Shown here piece after piece: positions 60,160 to 64,000 of a DNA stretch of 64,000 nt. The notes below the pieces were generated by a model, which saw only the letters and a program-made list of their open reading frames with translations, had not been told where the DNA came from and did no database searches. The translations under genes and the position numbers were made by a program. Source of the stretch: the human T2T-CHM13v2.0 reference genome, Homo sapiens; assembly GCF_009914755.1 (NCBI RefSeq), contig NC_060933.1. The stretch is one strand, 5' to 3'. Position 1 is the first letter of the stretch, and the number at the start of each line of letters is the position of its first letter.

Positions 60160-60891
60160 CTCCTTCCACTTGAGCTGGCGGATGCTGATCTTCAGGGCAT
60201 CCAGGGAGGTCCTGGCCTTGGAGCTGTCCACGGTGACCGGCCGCTGGGAGCCGTTCTCGCCGGAACCGTGGCCCGAGCTCCGCTTGCAGCTTCGGCCCTT
60301 GTCCCGGGGCTTCCCGTGCGGGCAGAGGCCCTGCACCGGCTTCGGCTTGGACGGGGGCAGCGTGGGCGGCGGCCGCTGAAGGACCTGGGTGTTCCCCTCC
60401 TCAGCCGCACTGGGCTGCGCCGGGGCCGGGGCCAGGACCTTGGGCTGCTCCTCCCCTGCCTTGCACTCCGGTTCCCCGGCCGCGCCCGCGTCCACGCGGA
60501 CCTGTTCCGCCACCGTCTCCGCTGTGGCCTCGGCCTCAGCTTTGGCCGCCGCTTTGGCCGCAGCCACCGCCTCCGCCTCCCACCGGGCCGCCAGCTCGCT
60601 CTCGGAGCTGCCCCGCCGCATGGTGCTCAGGGCCGGGGCCAGTGCCAGTGCCACCGCCGCCGCCGCCGCCGCTCCGCCGCCCCAGTCCGCCACCAAACTG
60701 CCGCCGCTGCAGCCGCTGCCACGCGTTCCCCGCCCGAGCCCGTTGCCATGATCGCTCAGGCTCGGGTTGACAGCGGCAGTCACCGCATCGAGACGGGGTC
60801 CGGGAAGGGACAATCGCCGGCCGAGCCCCAGCGACCTCATAGGCGAGGCTGCCCACGTGACCCTGCCTGTCACAGAGGCAGCGGCGGCCAT
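60160..60891 (-). CDS. TTLL11: TTLL11 coding exon 1 (long form from MAAAASV at 60891; shorter form from MRRGSS at 60621)
   Basis: Translation MAAAASVTGRV...MRRGSSESELAARWEAEA...DALKISIRQLKWKE matches the human TTLL11 N-terminus as I recall it. It ends at a phase-0 donor GAG|GTGAGG (GT at 60159-60158) and joins in frame to exon 2. Confidence 0.96.
60627..60749 (-). other. Out-of-frame upstream ORF, 40 aa (MATGSGGERVAAAAAAAVWWRTGAAERRRRRRWHWHWPRP*)
   Basis: gatcATGG (A at -3, G at +4) at 60749; TGA at 60629-60627, 5 nt before the ATG at 60621. Translation not demonstrated. Confidence 0.6.
60654..60671. repeat. (CCG)6 trinucleotide repeat in exon 1
   Basis: Read directly; encodes Ala6 in the long TTLL11 frame and Arg6 in the uORF frame. 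Confidence 0.9.
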
Positions 60892-61119
60892 GTTGGAAGA
60901 GGGCAAAGAGCCGCCAGGACCCGCCCACCCCGCGGATGCGCTGGATCTCGAGGGCGCAGAACTCGGAGTGGCGAGGAGAAGCGGGAGGGCAGATTGAGCG
61001 CGCGTGGGGCTCGTGAGCCTGGGGACTGGGAGTAAAAACAACTACCTCAAGCAGGAGGCTCAGTCCCCGCCAACACTCGCTGGGATAACTCTCGATAGGA
61101 CGGAGGAGGAGCCCCCCAG

Positions 61120-61193
61120 TGGGACCCTCCTCAGTGCAATGGATGGGACCCTCCTCAGTGCAATGGATGGGACCCTCCTCAGTGCGATGGATG
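61120..61193. repeat. 24-bp minisatellite x3 upstream of TTLL11
   Basis: tgggaccctcctcagtgcaatgga three times, with one A>G change in copy 3. Confidence 0.95.
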
Positions 61194-61341
61194 TGAGCAG
61201 CCCAGGCCCTAGGGGAGCAGAGAGTGTTCCGCTGAAGAAACCCTCTGCTGGTCCTTTGAGCGCCCCCAGATAAGAGGGGAGGCACTTTTCCCTGTTCTCA
61301 GGGAGCTCCCGATGGGATGGGGAAGTCATGGGCATGGGTAA

Positions 61342-62038
<697 letters not shown>

Positions 62039-62061
62039 TGACTGCTTTTACTTATATCACT

Positions 62062-62570
62062 TTTTTTGTTGTGGTAAAATATAACAAAATTTGCCATTTT
62101 AACCATTTTTAGTGTACAATTCAGTGGCATTCTGTATACTCACATTGTTGTGCAACCAGCACCACTATGGGTCTCCGGAACTCTTTTATCTTACCAAACT
62201 GAAACTTTGTGTCTATGAAACAATAAGTCGGGATTCCCTTCTCTCCTAGTCCCTGGGAACCACCATTTCTACTTTCTGACTATGAATTTGACTATTCCTG
62301 GTTCCTCATGTCAGTGGAATCATACAGTATTTGTCTGGCTTATTTCACGTAGCATAATGTCCTCAAGGTTTCTCCATGTTGTAGCATGAGTCCAAATTTC
62401 ACTCATTTTTAAGACTGAAAAATATTTCGTCGTGTGCATACACCACCTCGTTTTTATCCATTCATCTGTCAATGGACTTAGGTTGTTTCCACCTTTTGGC
62501 TATTGTGAAGAATGTCGGTTAACATTGGTATACAAATACCTGTTTGAGCCCCTGCTTTCCATTTTTGGGA
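62062..62570 (-). mobile_element. L1MB-like 3' end
   Basis: Reverse complement of the 3' UTR type seen at 13000-13550. Confidence 0.8.
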
Positions 62571-62897
62571 GTTGCCATCATTTTAAAGCCAAACCAAGGA
62601 GAAAGCTCTCCCCTCCCACCTGAGGGAGCCGCATTTGTTTTTTTAGGAAGTGGGGTTGAGAAGGTGTAACAGCACCCCAGACTGACCACAGCGGCCACGA
62701 CTGCACACAGGGGAACTTTGCCTCGCTCGACACTACAGGGTGAAAGAAACACAGAAGTTGTCAAGGAACGTGGCCCCTCTTCCTCTCTCATCTCTCCAGG
62801 TGTCTTGTTTCTTTGCTTTAGTCCAGGGGTTTCACTTGCTGAATAAACTGCCTTGAAATGTCCAAGTCATAAACTTAAGAGATCCAAACCTCCTTTT

Positions 62898-62916
62898 TAG
62901 CAGCAGAGGGCGCTCG
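62898..62916 (+). promoter_or_regulatory. Candidate CTCF site
   Basis: GCAGCAGAGGGCGCTC closely matches the CTCF core CCASYAGRKGGCRS and retains its CpG. Confidence 0.6.
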
Positions 62917-62942
62917 CATCTGTTCCCTTCATGACTTTGTTT

Positions 62943-63130
62943 CAGAGTTTCTGTAAGCATGGTCGTCTGGCCACTTGCATGGGAACAACCCGGGGTGTTT
63001 ATTTAAAATGCAGGCTCCTGGACCCCACCCCCAGAGACTGTGATGCAGCACATCTGGGTGGACCTGGGAATCTGCATGTTAAATTAGCTCCTCCGCTGAT
63101 TCTAAGGCAGCGGAGGCAAGAACCACTCAT
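62943..63130. mobile_element. MER5A-like MITE
   Basis: aaatgcaggctcctggaccccaccccagagactgtgatgcag...ggaatctgcat. Confidence 0.7.
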
Positions 63131-63307
63131 AGAGTCTGATGCAAGTCCTCTGGAAATTCTTGGAGCTGTCCGTGGTATCAGTAAGAAGGCCTCACTGTCC
63201 CCCCATTTCTCTCCACAAACCTACCCCCCAAATCCTGTCCCTCCTCCTGGTGTCCTTGATCTCAGCAAGTGGCACTACCTTCATTCAGTCATCCATGCTT
63301 GAAATTT

Positions 63308-63387
63308 GCCGAGATCGCGCCACTGCACTCCAGCCTGGGCGACAGAGTGAGACTCGGTCTCAAAAAAAAAAAAAAAAAAAAAAAAAA

Positions 63388-63437
<50 letters not shown>

Positions 63438-63605
63438 CTGGGCATGATGGCATATGCCTGTAATCCCAGCTACTCGGGAGGCTGAGGCACAAAACTCATG
63501 AACCCAGGAGGCAGAGGCTGCAGTGAACTGAGATCGCGCCACTGCACGCCTAGGGCAACAGAGCGAGACTCATTCGAGAGAGAAAAAGAGAGAGAGAGAG
63601 AGAGA
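63308..63605 (+). mobile_element. Composite: Alu 3' end, poly(A), (AT)n, Alu right arm, (AG)n
   Basis: Read directly. Confidence 0.85.
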
Positions 63606-64000
63606 TCTCCTCTTTCCTCTCTTATCTATCTCTATCATCACCACCCCAATTCAGGCTTCTGCTGATAGCTCACCTCCAGCTCTGCCACACACCCACCCAT
63701 TCTCCACACCAGACCTGCCACTCTCCTGCTTAGAAACCTCCCCTGGTTTGTCACCATCTACAGATAAAGTCCAAGAACATTGATTGTCCTAAGAGGCCCT
63801 TCCTGATTACAATTTCTGAAATCAACCCCTCTCCCTGCCTCCATGCCTTTGTAAACATTGTTCCTTCTGTCTGGACTTCCCTTCCTTCATGTCTGTTCTT
63901 AGACAAACTTTTCCCAGTGCCTCAGGCAGAAATAGTTACTCTCTGTGCTCTTCTATTCACACCCATAATTCTCATCCACAACTCTCAACCCTGGTCTGTC

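Larger units (their letters stand above)
60010..61110. promoter_or_regulatory. TTLL11: CpG island / TTLL11 promoter and first exon
   Basis: Very GC- and CpG-rich compared with the CpG-depleted background. Contains GC boxes and a YY1-like AACATGGCCGCC over the first ATG. Confidence 0.9.

Noticed and set aside
60127-61035. 302-aa plus-strand ORF antisense to exon 1, and other overlapping ORFs in the CpG island
   Set aside because: Non-ATG start and low-complexity Arg/Gly/Pro/Ala content; long stop-free frames are expected in very GC-rich DNA opposite a coding exon.
60536-61285. 249-aa minus-strand ORF with IHCTEEGP repeats
   Set aside because: The repeats come from the 24-bp minisatellite; it has a non-ATG start upstream of the likely TSS region.

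Overview
Human (or great-ape) genomic DNA containing the 5' end of TTLL11 (tubulin polyglutamylase, 9q33.2) on the minus strand. It includes a CpG-island promoter and coding exon 1 (~60160-60891), a ~53.3-kb intron 1, the 97-nt coding exon 2 (6737-6833) and part of intron 2; exon 3 is not in the window. The rest is Alu, L1, L2/MIR, LTR and DNA-transposon sequence with several repeat-free, motif-dense islands that look like developmental enhancers. Nearly all ORFs in the supplied track are repeat-derived or chance. I see no convincing novel multi-gene system. The best leads are regulatory: (1) a translational-control architecture in exon 1 (three in-frame ATGs plus a strong-context 40-codon uORF ending 5 nt before the main ATG); (2) two sense-oriented LTRs with intact splice donors that could be alternative promoters; (3) a perfect 30-bp-stem hairpin; (4) a candidate poison exon; (5) a PBX-HOX/MEIS module and other CNE-like islands; (6) a promoter VNTR. 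Repeat subfamily names and boundaries were read by eye and are approximate.
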